DNA from: Mobula hypostoma
Lineage: Eukaryota
Reading direction: 5' to 3'
DNA: 64,000 bases
NCBI RefSeq assembly: GCF_963921235.1
Contig: NC_086097.1
Location: 245,274,001 to 245,338,000 of the forward strand
Shown: in pieces, positions 25,313 through 36,249 of the stretch
Numbering within the stretch: position 1 is the first letter of the stretch
Layout: the number at the start of each line of letters is the position of its first letter
The notes under the pieces: generated by a model
Told to the model about the DNA's origin: nothing
Database searches by the model: none
The model's input: the letters and a program-made list of their open reading frames with translations, nothing else
Program-made: the position numbers and the translations under genes

Positions 25313-25777
25313 GTTCAGTCCCCTTCCCCGCTCAGCTCGGTTCTTGCCAGCCAAGGCAATGTTATCTGTGACCTGGTCAGCTTGCTGTCACCATTTGAAC
25401 TGGTCCCCGTCAGAGAAATCTGTCCCCTGTCACCACTCATGATGCCTCTGCCAACCACAGCTTGTCGAACTCACCACTCAGACACCCTCTCACCCTGTCA
25501 CGAAGGCTGGCCCTGCCACCGTTCAGATGGGTCCATGTCAGTGAAGGGTCGGTTCCCCCATTACCAAAGGGGGGGGCCAGCTGCCTCCACCCGCTCCTTC
25601 TTCCCCACAGCCAAATTCACAACTAATTTCCTCGGGGCAAAGTTGTTCCTCCTCCATCATTCCTTCAAATTCATTACTAAAGCTGCTGTGAAAGGCGACG
25701 TATCCCAGGAAGAAAGGGCATTTCTCAAATTTGAATGTTGCTTGTCACAAACAAGAGAAAATCTGCTGGAAATCCAA

Positions 25778-26345
25778 GCAATATGCAAAAAATGCTGGAG
25801 GAACTCAGCAGGCCAGGCAGCATCTGTGGAAAAGAATACAGTCAATGTTTCAGGCCGAGACCTTTCAGCAGTTAAAAAGTGGGGGGTGGGGTAGGGGGAG
25901 GGGAGGGAGAAACACAAGGTGATAGGTGAAACTGGGAGGGGGAGGGGTGAAGTAAAGAGCTGGGAAGTTGACTGGTGAAAGAGATACAGGGCTGGAGAAG
26001 GGGGAATCTCACAGGAGAGGACAGAAGGCAATGAGGAGCACAAGAGGGAGGCAATGGGCAGGCAAGGAGATATGGTGAGAGAGGGAAAAGGGGATGGGGA
26101 ATGGTGAAGGGGGGGGGGCATTACTGTAAGTTTGAGAAATCAATTTCATGCCATCAGGTTAGAGGCTACCCAGACGGAATATAAGCTGTTGTTCTTCCAA
26201 CCAGAGTGTGACCTCATTGCAACAGTAGAGGAGGCCATGGATAGACATATTGAAGTGGGAATGGGAAGTGGAATGAAAATGGGCGGACATAGTCAGCCTA
26301 GCCTGCTGAGTTCCTCCAGCGTTTTGTGTGTGTGTTGCCTGAATG
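25778..26345 (-). mobile_element. Truncated Penelope-like element with a short inverted 5' end
   Basis: Left tgctggaggaactcagcaggc, right gcctgctgagttcctccagc; GIY-YIG C-terminal remnant at 26140-26280; degenerate hammerhead at 25839-25872 (-). Confidence 0.8.
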
Positions 26346-26449
26346 TTTCTTGAGTTCTTTTGATGATTTTCTGAAATCTTAAATTGGTAAATTAGTTTAT
26401 TGTAGTCAGGTGTACTGAGGTACAGTGAAAAGCTTATCTTTAAAAAAAG

Positions 26450-28690
26450 GTAAGGTCATTACTAATGCCTCCATAATCCCTTCAGCCACCTCCTTCAGAA
26501 CCCGGGGGTGAAGTCCATCTGGTTCAGGTAACTTATCTACCTTCAGACCATTCAGCTTTCCAGGCACCTTCTCCTCAGTAATTACTAGCTACATTCATTC
26601 CTGTCCTCTGACACTCTCAAATTTCTAGCATACTGCTTGTGGCTTCCACAGTAAAAAAACTTACGTAAAATACTTACTATGTCTGTCCATCCATCGATAC
26701 TTTCTCCCCCATTACTAGCATCATTTTTCAGCGGTCCAATGTCCACTCTCAGCTCTCTTTTACTCTTTTGACATCCTCTTTGGTGTTGTTGGCTAGCCTA
26801 CCTTCATAATTCAATTTTTCTTCATGTAAGGCTTTTTAGTTGCCTTCTGTTGGTTTTTAAAAGCTTCCCAATCCTCTAATTTGCCACTAATTTTTGTTAT
26901 ATTTTATAATCATCTTTTCCTTTTATGCTGTCTTTGACTTTCCTTGTCATCGACAGTTAACTCATCCTCCCTTTAGAATACTTCTTCATCTTTGGGACGC
27001 AACTATCTTGGAACTTCGGAATTGCCTCCAGAAACTCCAGCCATTATTGTTCTGCCATCATCTCAGCTCCTGTCCCTTTCCAATCAACTTTGGCCAGTTT
27101 CTCTCTCAAGCCTTTGTAATTCCCATTACTCCGCAGTAATACTGATATACCTGATTTTATCTTCTCCCTCTCAAAATGCAGGGTTATTTCTGTCACATTA
27201 TGATCACTATCTCCTAAGGGTTCTTTTACCTTAAGCTCCCTAATCAAATCTGTTTATAGAAACATAGAAAACCTACAGCACAATACAGGCCCTTCAGCCC
27301 ACAAAGTCATGCCGAACATGTCCCTACCTTAGAAATTACTAGGCTTACCCATAGCCCTCTATTTTTCTAAGCTCCATGTACCTATCCAAAAGTCTCTTAA
27401 AAGACCCTATTGTATCCACCTCCACTGTTGCTGGCAGCCCACTCCACGCACTCACCACTCTGAGTAAAAAACGTACCCCTGACATCTCCTCTGTACCTAC
27501 TCCCCAGCACCTTAAACCTGTGTCCTCTTGTGGCAACCATTTCAGACCTGGGAAAAAGCCTCTGACTATCCACGCGATCAATGCCTCCCATCATTTTGTA
27601 CACCTCTATCAGGTCACCTCTCATCCTCTGTTGCTCCAAGGGGAAAAGGCCGAGTTCACTCAACCTGTTTTCATAAGGCATGCTCCCCAATCCAGGCAAC
27701 ATCCTTGTAAATCTCCTCTGCTCCAACGCCCAAGCCTTTCCCCTGGTGGTCTCACTGCTCTAGAAAGCCATCTCGAACACATTCTACAAATTCCCTCTCT
27801 TGGGATCTAGCATTAACTTAATTTACCCAATGTACCTGCGTATTGAAATCCCCTATGACTATTGTGACAGTTCCCTTATTGCATGTCTTTTCTATCTCCT
27901 GTTGTAATTTGCAGCCCACATCCTGGATCCTGTTTGGGGCCCTGTGTATATCTCTCATCAGGGTCTTCTTACCCTTGCAGTTTCTTAACTTTACCCACAA
28001 GGACTCTACGTCTTCTGATCCTATGTCACCTCCTTCCAAGGACTTGATTTAATTTTTTACCAGCAGAGTTGCCCACAACAACATACCTATCAATTTCTAA
28101 CTGCGCTACAAGATCACCTACCTCATCCTGTATACTGTGTGCTTTCAACTATAACACCTTCAGTCCTGTATTCATTTCCCTTTTTGATTTTACTGCCATG
28201 TTACACTTCAACTCATCCCACTGACTGCAATTTTGGTCTATCATCAGCCTGTCCTTCCTGACAGTCTAACAATACACTGCATCTACTTGTATACCATCTG
28301 CCCCGTCTTCTGCTCCATCACCCTTGTGCCCTTCTCCCTGCCAAATTATTTTAAATCCTCCCCAACAGCTCTAGCAAACCTCCCTGCAAGGATATTGGTC
28401 CTCCTCAGGTTCAGGTATAATCCTTCCTTTGGGTCATAATTCTCCACAACAGATCCCAATTATCAAGAAGTCTGAAACCCTGCCCCCTGCACCAGATCCT
28501 CAGCCATTCATTCATTTGTACTATCCTCTTGTTCCTGCCCTGACAAACACGTGCCAGTGGGAGCAATCGGAAGATTGTTACCTTGGAGGTCTTGCTCTTT
28601 GGCCTCTTTCCTAACCTTCTATACGCTATGTGCAGGACCTGTTCCCCTTTTCCACCGGTGCCAATGTTCACCACAATCTCTGGCTACTCA
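26450..28690 (-). mobile_element. Old CR1 (ORF1 end, APE, linker) with a nested younger CR1 3' end at 27255-27722
   Basis: LGDSDHNV, VESLWVKLRNCKGKKTL..IVIGDFN; ORF1 esterase LLPLAR..NEWLRIWCRGQGFRLLDNW. Confidence 0.85.
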
Positions 28691-28694
28691 GCCT

Positions 28695-29365
28695 TGAGAC
28701 CATAAGAGATAGGAGCAGGATTGGGCTATTCAGCCAAAGACTTGGCCTCCACAGCTACCTGTGATAATGAATTCCACAGATTCACCACCTTCTGGCTAAA
28801 GAAATACCTCACAACAAGCTGGAGGAACTCAGCAGGTCGGGCAGCATCCGTGGGAAAGATCGGTCGACGCCGACCCGAATCGTCGACCGATCTTTTCCAC
28901 GGATGCTGCCGGACCTGCTGAGGTCCTCCAGCTTGTTGTGAGTGTTGCTTTGCCCCCAGCATCTGCAGATTATTTTGTGTTAAAGAAATACCTCCTTATT
29001 TCCATTCTAAATTGATTTTCCTCTATTATGAGGCTGTGCCCTCTGGTCCTAGACTCCCCCACTTTAGGAAACATCCTCTCCACATCCACTTTATCTAAGC
29101 ATTTCAACATTCAATAGGTTTCAATGAGATCCCCCCTTTTTCTTCTAAATTCCAGCGAGTGAAGGCCAGAGTCATCAGTCACAACTCAGACGATAACCCT
29201 TTCATTCCTGGAATCATTCTCATGAACCTCCTCTGGACCCTCTCCAACGCCAGCACATCTTTTCTTGGATAAGGGGGCCAAAATTGTTCACAATGCTCCA
29301 AGTGAGGGCTCACTAGTGCCTCATAGAGCCTCAGCATTACATCCTTCCTCTTGTATTCTATTCCT
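28695..29365 (-). mobile_element. CR1 3' portion interrupted by the hairpin element
   Basis: FFSQKVVNLWNSL..VEAKSL. Confidence 0.82.
28811..28980. mobile_element. 170-bp Penelope-derived hairpin element
   Basis: ~59-bp near-perfect inverted arms, an 11-nt loop and a 40-nt tail; perfect 14-bp TSD taaagaaatacctc at 28797-28810 and 28981-28994. Confidence 0.85.
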
Positions 29366-29886
29366 GATTGTTCTGCAGCCGCTCTGAGACATCCTTGACC
29401 CTATCACCCGGGAGGCAACACACTACCCAGGAGTCTTTTTTGTGGCCACAGCAGCCCCTGTTCTTCCCCTAACTATCAAGTCTCCTATCATTATCACACT
29501 ACTTGAGTTTCCTAGCTGAGCCTTAGAGCTGGCCTCTTAGCCACAGGCCTAGCTGCTGCAGTTGTGCCCTGATAGGTCACACCATACCGCCCCCTCCAAC
29601 AGTACCCAGGGGTGTATACTTGTTGCTTAGGTGAAAAGTCGCAACAGAACCCTGCACTGACTTCTTAACTTTGCGAGAAATTAATATTTCTCGTTCCAGC
29701 ATATCCTTTTCTAATTTGTCTTCCTTTCCTTCGCATTATTACGTTATCTCCTTTTTTTTTCTTCCTTTTCCTTCAAGTCAGCAAAGTTACATATTACCTG
29801 CCTTCAGTTCTCTATTATTGCCTATTACCTATTGCCCTCTTGGTAACCCTTTTTCTCAAATTCAACGTATTCAACTACAGCAGCAG

Positions 29887-30057
29887 CACCCAGGATGCTG
29901 GAGGAACTCAGCAGGTTAGGCAGCAGCTATGGATTTAGTCCTGAGGAAGGATCTCAACCCAATACGTCGACTAGCCATTTCCCGCCATAGATGCTGCCTG
30001 ACCTGTTGAATTCCTCCAACTTTTTGTGTTTTGCTCCAGGTTTCCAGCACCTGCAGA
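29887..30057. mobile_element. Penelope-derived hairpin element with a degenerate hammerhead in the loop
   Basis: Arms gctggaggaactcagcaggttaggcagca / tgctgcctgacctgttgaattcctccaac; loop agtc CTGAGGA aggatctcaaccc AATA CGTC gact. Confidence 0.75.
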
Positions 30058-30153
30058 TAACTTTTCAGCAATTCCCACCAGCACAACCCTCGTAGCATCA
30101 TCCAACGCTTCCGGGGTTGGTTCCAACATAAACTCCTCAACATTAACATCCAT
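30058..30153 (-). pseudogene. Gypsy-type gag N-terminus (truncated)
   Basis: MDVNVEEFMLEPTPEALDDATRVVLVGIAEKL lies ~100 bp downstream of an LTR and PBS. Confidence 0.55.
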
Positions 30154-30259
30154 TTCTGCTGTTTTTCCACACAACCAAATCAAAAGGGATTTTCCCCCAA
30201 TCAATTCAAACCAGCCTCCCAACCAATTTGTTCATATCGCGGACGCAGGCTCCAAATTA

Positions 30260-31183
30260 TGTCACGTACCCCGTGACGGGAATAAAGAACCAGCAGAGAT
30301 GGAAACACTTTGGAGTCCAGTATTGCTAAAAACTAATAATATTTATTAGTAACTATGCAATACAGTAATATAAATGTAGATAAATCAAACAGGTTAGCAA
30401 TGATTACATAAAAGTAAGTGTGGAATATATATGTATGAAAAACCAAGCTTCTTTAAGTCTAGGGGTAAAAAGATACACTTACAATGATGAGTAAAGTTCA
30501 GTTCAGTTCAGCTCGTGGTATTTAGTTGAGCAGTGATGGATAGAGAGAGAGGGAGAGATTTGAGTCTTCAGGTGAGCTGACGCCGTCGATCTTCTCATCG
30601 TCCTTCGAAATTCTTTAAAAGTCACCAACTGTGACTGTAACAAAGGGGACCAGTTTTCTGTTGTGGAGCTATCCCCCAGGTGAGGGTAGACACATGGACA
30701 ACTCCCCACCAGTCAACCCTTTTCCTCCTTCCACTGCAAGAGCGATGGATCGATCTGCCTGATCGATCCTCCAAAACCCACTTTTCTGCGGGCACAACAA
30801 TGCTCATTCAGTGTCCAGAACATGTGTCTGAGGTCTCTCATCTGACCTCCTATTTTATCTTCCCGTGTTGAGCATCAACTGTCATTCAAATAATCCCTCC
30901 TTCCTTTGTCTGTGAAAGAAATGCAAGCAGGCCAAAAATCGTTGAAGAAAGTACCAACAACCTGCCGAAAATCATAACATCGAGTGTCCATTAAATTGCG
31001 CTGCCTTCGGTCACCATGGCAACTTATGAGCTGCTCGGTGCTGTCTCCAACTCCAGCAGAAATTCAAAAGTTAACCAGTTCTTTCTCGTGCCTTAAAGTG
31101 ACAGTCCAACCGTTAATCTTCGTCTCTCTCTCTCTCTCTTTTCAAAACAAGAGTTCATAGGGGTAATTCACGATCCCCTCACA
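30260..31183 (-). mobile_element. 5' LTR of a Gypsy-like retrotransposon, with a PBS at ~30236-30254
   Basis: TGT...ACA termini; the minus strand continues TGACA-taatt-TGGAGCCTGCGTCCGCGAT, similar to the tRNA-Pro PBS TGGGGGCTCGTCCGGGAT. Confidence 0.72.
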
Positions 31184-31854
31184 GCTGGACTAGATTGAAA
31201 TGGCAGAGTGTCAGGCTGGTTCTGCTTGCTGCTCCGCAATGTTTACTTGGCTCTGTGCTGAACTGGGGCTGATGCTGTGGCCTGCTCCGGCTGCTCTGGG
31301 CTTTGTATCTGTGGGTTAACTTTCATTCTGAATGCGATTTGCTTACTTTTATTGTTTGCATGATTTGTTTTTTTTTCCTGTACGTTGTTTGATGGTCTTT
31401 TTTTTAATGGGTTCTTTTGGGTTTCTTTGTTTTGTGGCTGCCTGTAAGGAGACAAACCTCAAGATTGTATAATGTATACCTACTTTGATAATAAATGGAC
31501 TTTGAACTTTGGAAGTCTGAAACTAGAGGGTATTTGGTGAAGGTGAGAGATTTAGAAAGGATGTGAAGGTAACTTTTTCATACAGTGGGTGGGGGCTATA
31601 GGAAATGAGTGAACAGAGGATGTTATACTCAGGAAAAATACTTGTAAGACATGTAGTCAAGTGCATGAACAGAAAAAGTCTAGAGGTTTATGGACCAGTT
31701 GAAAGCATAGACTAGCTTGAAAGTACAGACAAATTGGGCCAAATGGTCTGTGTACATGCTTTATAGTTAGTTCTATGATTCAATAGCTCATATTTTTCTT
31801 TCTTCTTGTTTCTGAAGATATCATATCTTTGATTATTAAAGATGTCCGGGTGCT

Positions 31855-32345
31855 CCTAAATTCAATTCCATAATTGATGTATGCCCTCTTAACCACAGAG
31901 CCAACTTGTGCAGCTACTTTGAGCGTCCTATGGACTTGAAAATTTCCTTGGAGCAACGGAGGATGAGAGGTGACCTGATAGAGGTGTATAAGATGATGAC
32001 AGGCATTGATTGTGTGGGTGGTCAGAGGCTTTTTCCCAGGGCTGAAATGGCTGCCACAAGAGGGCACAGGTTTAAGGTGCTGGGGCGTAGGTACAGAGGA
32101 GATGTCAGGGGTAAGTTTTTTACTCAGAGTGGTGAGTGTGTGAAATGGGCTGCCAGCAACGGTGGTGGAGGCGGATACGATAGGGTCTTTTCAGAGACTT
32201 TTGGATAGGTACATGGAGCTTAGTAAAATAGAGGGCTATGTGTAAGCCTAGTAAGTTCTAAGGTAGGGACATGTTTGGCACAACTCTGTGGGCTGAAGGG
32301 CCTGTATTGTGCTGTAGGTTTTCAATGTTTTTATGTTTCTATGTG
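31855..32345 (+). mobile_element. CR1 3' end with a 5' inversion (31855-31940 on the minus strand)
   Basis: Minus strand reads QVHRTLKVAAQVGSVVKRAY..NYGIEFR, then the plus strand reads SLEQRRMRGDLIEVYK. Confidence 0.8.
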
Positions 32346-32604
32346 TAAGAATTGCCCAGAAGTGTACTTGTTGTTCCAAGTTTGGCCTGCCACACAGATT
32401 TGGAGGGGCATCTGCTGAGATTATTCAACCTTCCACATCCAGTAACGATAGGTTTGGAATGGACAGTGGGTTGAGCTCAGGACAATATGGCCCAATATTT
32501 TCTCCTGATCCTGGATGAACACCATTGTTTGAGATTTTTGTTTTTGACTGTTTTGTTTGGCTTTATCTTATCGTTCATCTGTTGTATCCGAATTGTGCTA
32601 AAGT

Positions 32605-32992
32605 AGGCGGCATGGTAGTAGTGGTTAGCACAATTCATTATAGTACCAGCGACCAGGGTTCAATTCCCGCTGTTGCCTGTAAGGATTTTGTATGTTCTCC
32701 CTGTAACCACATGGGTTTCCTCCGGGCGCTCTGGTTTCCTCCCACATCCAAAGACAATTCAATGACATAACGGTTGGTAGGTTAACTGGGCATTGTAAAT
32801 TGTCCTGTAATTAGGCTAGGATTAAATCGGGAGTTCTGGGTGGCGCCACTCAAAGGGCCAAAAGGGTCTATGGGAGAATTGATCCGCTCATGATAAAATG
32901 GCGGAGCAGACTCGATGGGCTGAATGGCCGACTTCTGCTCCTTTGTCTTATGGTCTTATAGTCTATTCCACGCTTATCTCAATAAATAAATA
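32605..32992 (+). mobile_element. V-SINE (HE1-like) with a nested short CR1 tail
   Basis: ggcggcatggtagtagtggttagcac..gggttcaattccc..tgggtttcctccgggcgctctggtttcctcccacatccaaagac. Confidence 0.78.
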
Positions 32993-33538
32993 ACAAGTAT
33001 AGACTAATCCTTTTCCTCAGTATGCAGAATACTTGTACTTTGAGATAACATATTAGTTCAACACTAGGGACATAGGAACACAAGAAAGCAGGAATAGATC
33101 TTCTGATCCCTCAAAATGTGCTTCACCATAAGATAAAAAGAGATGCTTACATGGACTCTCTATCCCTATCTCCCTCAGTTCTTCTGCTATCTAAAATTCT
33201 ATTGATCCTGCTTTGAGAAAGCTGTAGTCTGAGTTTCCCGGAGCCCACCTGGGTAGAGAATTACAAGATTCACCACCCTCTATATGGAAAAAAAATCTTT
33301 ATATTTTGGCCCTGATAGGCCAGTCCCATATTTTGAGATTGTGACCATTGGCTCTCAACACTCCATCCATCAAAAAGCATCAATTCCACATTCAGTCACT
33401 GGAAAAAAAATGCATATTTCAATGAGGTCATCTATCGTTGCTTTAAGATGAAGAGTGTGAACGCCTGGTCTATTTAATGAGTGCTCATAAAACAAATTGC
33501 ACCATCTCTGGAATCAATGTCCTTCCCTATCTTAAGTA

Positions 33539-34517
33539 CACTCAGTGGCCACTTTATGAGCACACCTGTACTTACTGCCTGTTACGCCATTGGCTTTTAG
33601 GGCAGTAATGAAGGTCCTCTACCTCTGCCTGTCCAGAGGTGTTCAGGGCTTCCTTCATCATGCCAGTAGGTTCCTGTCAGTTTTCACTATGCAAGCTGAA
33701 GGTGGAGACTCAGGAATATCGTCACACTCAGATGTAGAAGGATTCTTCATTGCTGTTTCCATAACAATTTTGTTTGACCAGTCAGGGTTGTTGGCCCTGA
33801 GCTGAACGCCCGAACCTGGAGGACTGGTGGACCACTCTTAATTTGGCCTCTCCCCTTTGACCTGTTTGGCATGGGTGACCCTACCAAGAGCCAAACCATA
33901 AAGCCCTGACTCCAGCCAACCTAGCCCTCTGGGTCAATGAGGCACATAAGCCTCCAGACCACAACAAGGTCCTCTTGGAGATCACACCTGTGTACCTGCT
34001 CGTTTATGCAAGTATCTGATCAGCCAATCATGTGGCAGCAACTCAATATGTAAAAGCATGCAGGCATGGTCAAGAGGTTCAGTTGTTGTTCAGATCAAAC
34101 ATCAGAATGTGGAAAAAATGTGATCTAAGAGACTTTGACCGTGGAATGAGTGTTGGTGCCAGATGGGGTGGGCTTGAGTATCTCAGGGACTGCTGATCTC
34201 CTGGGATTTTCAAGCAGAACAGACTCAAGAGTTTAGAGAGAATGATGCGACAAACATAAAGCATCTAGTGGGCAGCAGTTCTGTGGATGGAAACATCTTG
34301 CTAATGAGAGAGGTCAAAGGGGAATGGGAGAATGGTTCAAGCTGGCAGGTAGGCAATAGTAACTGAAATAATCACAGTGGTGTGCAGAAGAACATCTCTG
34401 AATGCACAACATGTCAAACCTTGAAGCTGATAGGCCTCGGCATCAGAAGGCCACAAAACACACTGAGTGGCTACTTTATTAGGTACAGGAAGTACCTAAT
34501 AAAGTGGCCACTGAGCG
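33539..34517 (+). mobile_element. Non-autonomous Tc1 element (TA TSD) with a nested RTE-type SINE at ~33577-33980 (-)
   Basis: TA-cactcagtggccacttta ... taaagtggccactgagcg-TA; transposase start KKCDLRDFDRGMSVGAR at ~34108. Confidence 0.85.
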
Positions 34518-35254
34518 TACATCTTTGCTTAGGTAGGTACATCAGATCTGAATATAATACGCCAGATGTGGTTTCACCAGGGTCTTATCTAATTGGAGCA
34601 AGATGTATCTTGTACTCAGATCCTACATAGCATTTGCATTCCTAATTGCTTGCTGTATCTGCATGTAACCTGCATAAGGAGATTCAAATCCCTCGGAAAG
34701 TTAATGCCTTTCAATCCCTCGTCACTTAAAAATTGCCCTGCCTTTCGGATTTTTGCTGCCAAAACAGTGATGTTGAAGGCTTGTTATTTACAGATGATCT
34801 ATCTGTAGGAGGTGTAAATAGAGGAAGATGAATGAGGGGCGAGGAGAGAGTGAGAGAGAAAAAGAGCATCGTGGGCGCAGTGAGCATTGGAGTAGAGCAG
34901 TTGGAGATCTGAAATAAAAAGTGCAAAATACCCAGCAGGTGCTATTACAATGTATTTTCAATTTAGCTTGCCGTGAAACAAAGCCAATAATATTTCCTCA
35001 CTTATAATGCAACTCATTATGAATGGCTTTTTACGTGCTTGACCTCATAATTTGCTTGACATTGTTTTTAATTCCTTACTAGTCATGGGGATTCAATAAC
35101 AGCCTGGAATCTTGATACATCTCTTCATTGATTTTAAAATAGTATGCATTTTAAAATGTTATGCATTTTAATTATTTAAACAATACCGATCTCCCAGGTT
35201 GTAGTTGAATAGTAATTTATATTGTTCAGAGTTTCTTAGGAGATAGTAAGATCA

Positions 35255-35820
35255 TTAGATCATAAGATATAGGAGCAGAATCAGACCATTTGGCCCATCA
35301 AGGCTGGTCTGCCATTTTATCATGGCTGATCCACTTCCCTCTCTTTTTCTCCTCCTTTCTCCCTGTAACCTTTAATGCCCTGACTAATCTCTGCCTTTAC
35401 TGCTTCCAATGCCTGTGGCAACAAATTCCCAGAGATTGACCACCCTCTGCTTAAAGACATTCCTCCTCATCTCCATTCTAAATAGAGATTCCTCTATTTT
35501 AAGGCTGTGCCCTCTGGTCCAAGACTCCCTCACCATAGGATACATCGGCTCCACATCCACTCTATCTGGCCCTTTTCAATGGGATTCCCCCATCATTCTT
35601 CTAAGTTTCAGTGAATAAATGCCCAGAGCCATCAACTGCTCCTTATACAATAACCTGTTCATTCCCAGAATCATTCTTGTGAAACTCCTCTTCAATGTCA
35701 GCACATCCATTTTTAAATAAGGGGCTTAAAATTGCTCACAATACTCCCAAGTGAGGCCTCACAAGTGCCTTATAAAGCTTCGGAATTACATCCTTGCTTT
35801 TATATTCTAGTCCTCTCGAA
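35255..35820 (-). mobile_element. CR1 3' portion
   Basis: Homologous to 4615-5240. Confidence 0.82.
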
Positions 35821-36220
35821 TAGTGGTAGTGCGATCATTCGAGTTGAGTATGATGTTCTCCCAAGCGGTTATTTCCTTAATGGAAAATGCCTGTGCATGA
35901 CTTTGTTTAATGTGGAGATGCTGATGCACAACCGGCCACCTCACAGTCCTTGAAATATTAGGTGCACGGTCAAAAGGGATAGAGTGCAAGACAACTAGGG
36001 ATTCTTCACGGCTGCAGCCTGCACTGCTGTTGTGATGTGTCATTATCTTCTGCCAGCTGCACCATTGAGCTTTTGGTTGGATTGTTCTTTGTCTGGAAAC
36101 TCCCCATTGATCTTACCACTACGGGTAACCTTACCAGGAGCTAAGCTCCAGACGGCATCACTCTCGGGCTCTCAGGAGCTCACAAGCCTCTCCATCACGA
36201 CTGGTGGTGATCTTCAGGGA
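35821..36220 (-). mobile_element. RTE-derived short element
   Basis: ggtaaccttaccaggagc..cacaagcctctccatcacga resembles the RTE-type 5' end also seen at 33870-33970. Confidence 0.45.
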
Positions 36221-36249
36221 AGCCTTGGAGGCAAAATTAAAAGAAAGCT

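Noticed and set aside
34800..34920. Minus-strand acceptor-like sites
   Set aside because: No matching donor or convincing reading frame found.
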